A stretch of DNA of 64,000 nucleotides from Phoronis australis. Its lineage: Eukaryota; Animalia; Phoronida. Positions 62,097 through 64,000 of the stretch are shown piece by piece. How positions within the stretch are numbered: the stretch's first letter is position 1; every line of letters starts with the position of its first letter. The stretch spans positions 186,001 to 250,000 of the forward strand of contig NMRA01000087.1 in the NCBI GenBank assembly GCA_002633005.1, in the 5' to 3' direction. Both the position numbers and the translations under genes were made by a program. A model generated the notes under the pieces. It saw only the letters and a list, made by a program, of their open reading frames with translations. It did no database searches and was not told the DNA's origin.

Positions 62097-64000
62097 TAGC
62101 TCGTGAGCCAGGAGGCTGAACCTGAATTTGCCGGGTAAAGTTTTTATTTGCAGCTTCATGTAGCCTAGGGTTAAGTGAACATGATTTAGGGAGATGACCG
62201 GTCGCAACTCTTGAGCATTTTTTAAAATATGCAAATTAAGACCGCCATTATAGAAAATTCTATTTTTGCTTGTAATTTACTAGCCAACCACTGCAGGCAG
62301 ATTATTTTGATGTTTTCATCTATGTTTCCATAGTCAAAGAATTTAATAGTGCAAGTTTTTTGGTGGATACATCGTGAATTCGCATAATTTATGCAAATTA
62401 AGGCCGTCATTCAAAATTATACTTGTGCTTATAGTTACGTTATCAGGCACCACAGGTGAACTATCACGATATTTTGCACCTACGTTCTTATGGTCAATTA
62501 GTGTACTGAAATCAATTTACAAGTTGCTGCATGATAAATTTGGATAATTAATGCAAATTAAAGCCATCATTATTCAAAAATATACTTGTGCTTATAGCTG
62601 CGATACAAAGTATCACAGGTAAAGTCATTTGCACCTATATTTCTATGGCCAATTACTTTAATGAAATCAATTTGCAAGTTGTTGCATGACAAATTTTGCA
62701 TAGTTTATGCAAATAAAGGAGGCCATCATTAAAAATTCCATTTTTTCTCGTAACCTTCTTACGGGGGCACTATATGTAAATTATTTTAGTATTTGAACTG
62801 ATGAATTTAATGAAATCTGTCATTACATCATAAAGTTAAATACTTTTTGATAATACAGACATTTCAAATTCCAGTTTTCTCTGATACCGAGCGTATATAT
62901 CTAGTAGATGACCAAATTGTTTAACTGCATAAACCTAGGACAAGATGTTTCAAATGCCAATTCAAGATTCAGAACGTGAGCACACAACTGTGTAAGTGCC
63001 CAATATAATGTGCAGGGGAGACAATTGATGCTTCAGCGGTGTCTAATTGAATTACATTGAATCTGGCCTTTGCAACCACACCTCATTATCTCCAGTATGC
63101 AATCGGGGGCGAGTTGGACACCGTCCGTAATTGTAATTGGTTAGATCGATTTGTTTATGACATCATTCTTCCATCCACAGTACTCTGGATCCAGTGGTGG
63201 TGGATTTGTCTTCACAATTCGCCACATGATTAACTGGTAATGGGCTGTGTTTACATTCTCAGTGAATGCCTCTGTTGTCGGTGACAGAGTACACAGTTTG
63301 GGGGCGGATGAATAGTCGGCGGCCCTTGCTCTTTTGCTTACCCATACCAGAAGTTTGGTCCCTGACATCTTCCTGATTCTCTTCATTCCATCACAGGCAC
63401 ACATAAATTTAGTGGCCTGTTTTGTGACATCAGAAAAATGCGCATTAATAGCGCCAATGGCAGACAGACAGGTCACGTCCAGTCTTCAATGTTTAAACAA
63501 TGGATCCCGTTCCAACTCCATAGCAGCATGCCACCGGGTGACACCCTTATAGCACATGGAAAGGGAGGGGGCCCTTCACAATATCACTACATGTTTGCAC
63601 TGTCAACGTAATGTCTCCGAGTGGTTAACGCTTACAAGGTGATTCCATGGTTGTGGTTTTAGAAGATGCTCCTTGTCAAGGTAATGCAGACGAAGCACAA
63701 AATGCATCTGTGTCATCCGAAACGACTGAGAGTTTGCTAACTTCCCATGCACAGTTCGCAGCCTGCTGCACAATAACGATGGCTCCTTCGTTGGATGTCT
63801 CCAGTTAGTACCTACTGCTAATGTCCTTGTTTCACGTTAAGGTGATAACCAACTTGTGTTCCTCATGTACTGCTAGCCTTTCTCTAAGTCTGATAACATT
63901 GCCTTTTGCTTCAAGTGCATTAAATGTTGGAGTAGCAATCCTGTCACCGCTAATGTTCACTACTGCGTCTTTGGTATGGACGTTGGGATCCAAAGGATTC
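62097..64000 (-). mobile_element. 3' part of a third, different-family AcademX-like transposon (degenerate), running off the window
   Basis: Minus strand reads DDTDAF, FHVL*GCHPVACCYGVG (degenerate HAxxGCDT..YGIG), APKLCTLSPTTEAFTENVNTAHYQ..W...PPPLDPEYCGW, RCGCK. Subterminal atgcaaattaa repeats at 62230-62730; candidate TAG terminus at 62097. Confidence 0.7.

Noticed and set aside
62230-62730. Regularly spaced repeats superficially like a CRISPR array
   Set aside because: Eukaryotic context, degenerate units with related spacers, no cas genes; these are transposon subterminal repeats.
62798-62825. ctgatga-atttaat-gaaa-tctgtc hammerhead-like string
   Set aside because: Stem II cannot form (1-nt loop); it is part of the transposon's aatgaaatc subterminal repeat.

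Overview
Eukaryotic (metazoan invertebrate, AT-rich, repeat-rich) genomic window; almost all short ORFs in the supplied track are spurious. Two spliced protein-coding genes converge tail-to-tail. (1) A + strand phosphoinositide-specific phospholipase C of delta-type architecture (PH, EF-hand, X, Y, C2) has 17 exons from 27192 to the stop at 44411. It contains two U12-type (minor spliceosome) introns. A candidate distant first exon at 969-1197 would add a hydrophobic membrane anchor. (2) A - strand Gln/Pro-rich gene (exons 61988 down to the stop at 49264; 5' end not found in the window) carries six copies of a PSxxF(R/K)xLQ motif, one per exon, resembling the ALP/Zasp-family conserved motif, and ends in -TDF. 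Mobile DNA includes two defective same-orientation AcademX-like transposons with TAG...CTA termini and 3-bp TSDs (11775-16732, 18606-24624) and a third, different Academ-like element at the right edge. There are also LINE relics, many MITE-like foldbacks (one with a degenerate hammerhead-like motif) and microsatellites. Two apparent tandem duplications joined by a single N are probably assembly artefacts. All alignments and translations were done by eye.
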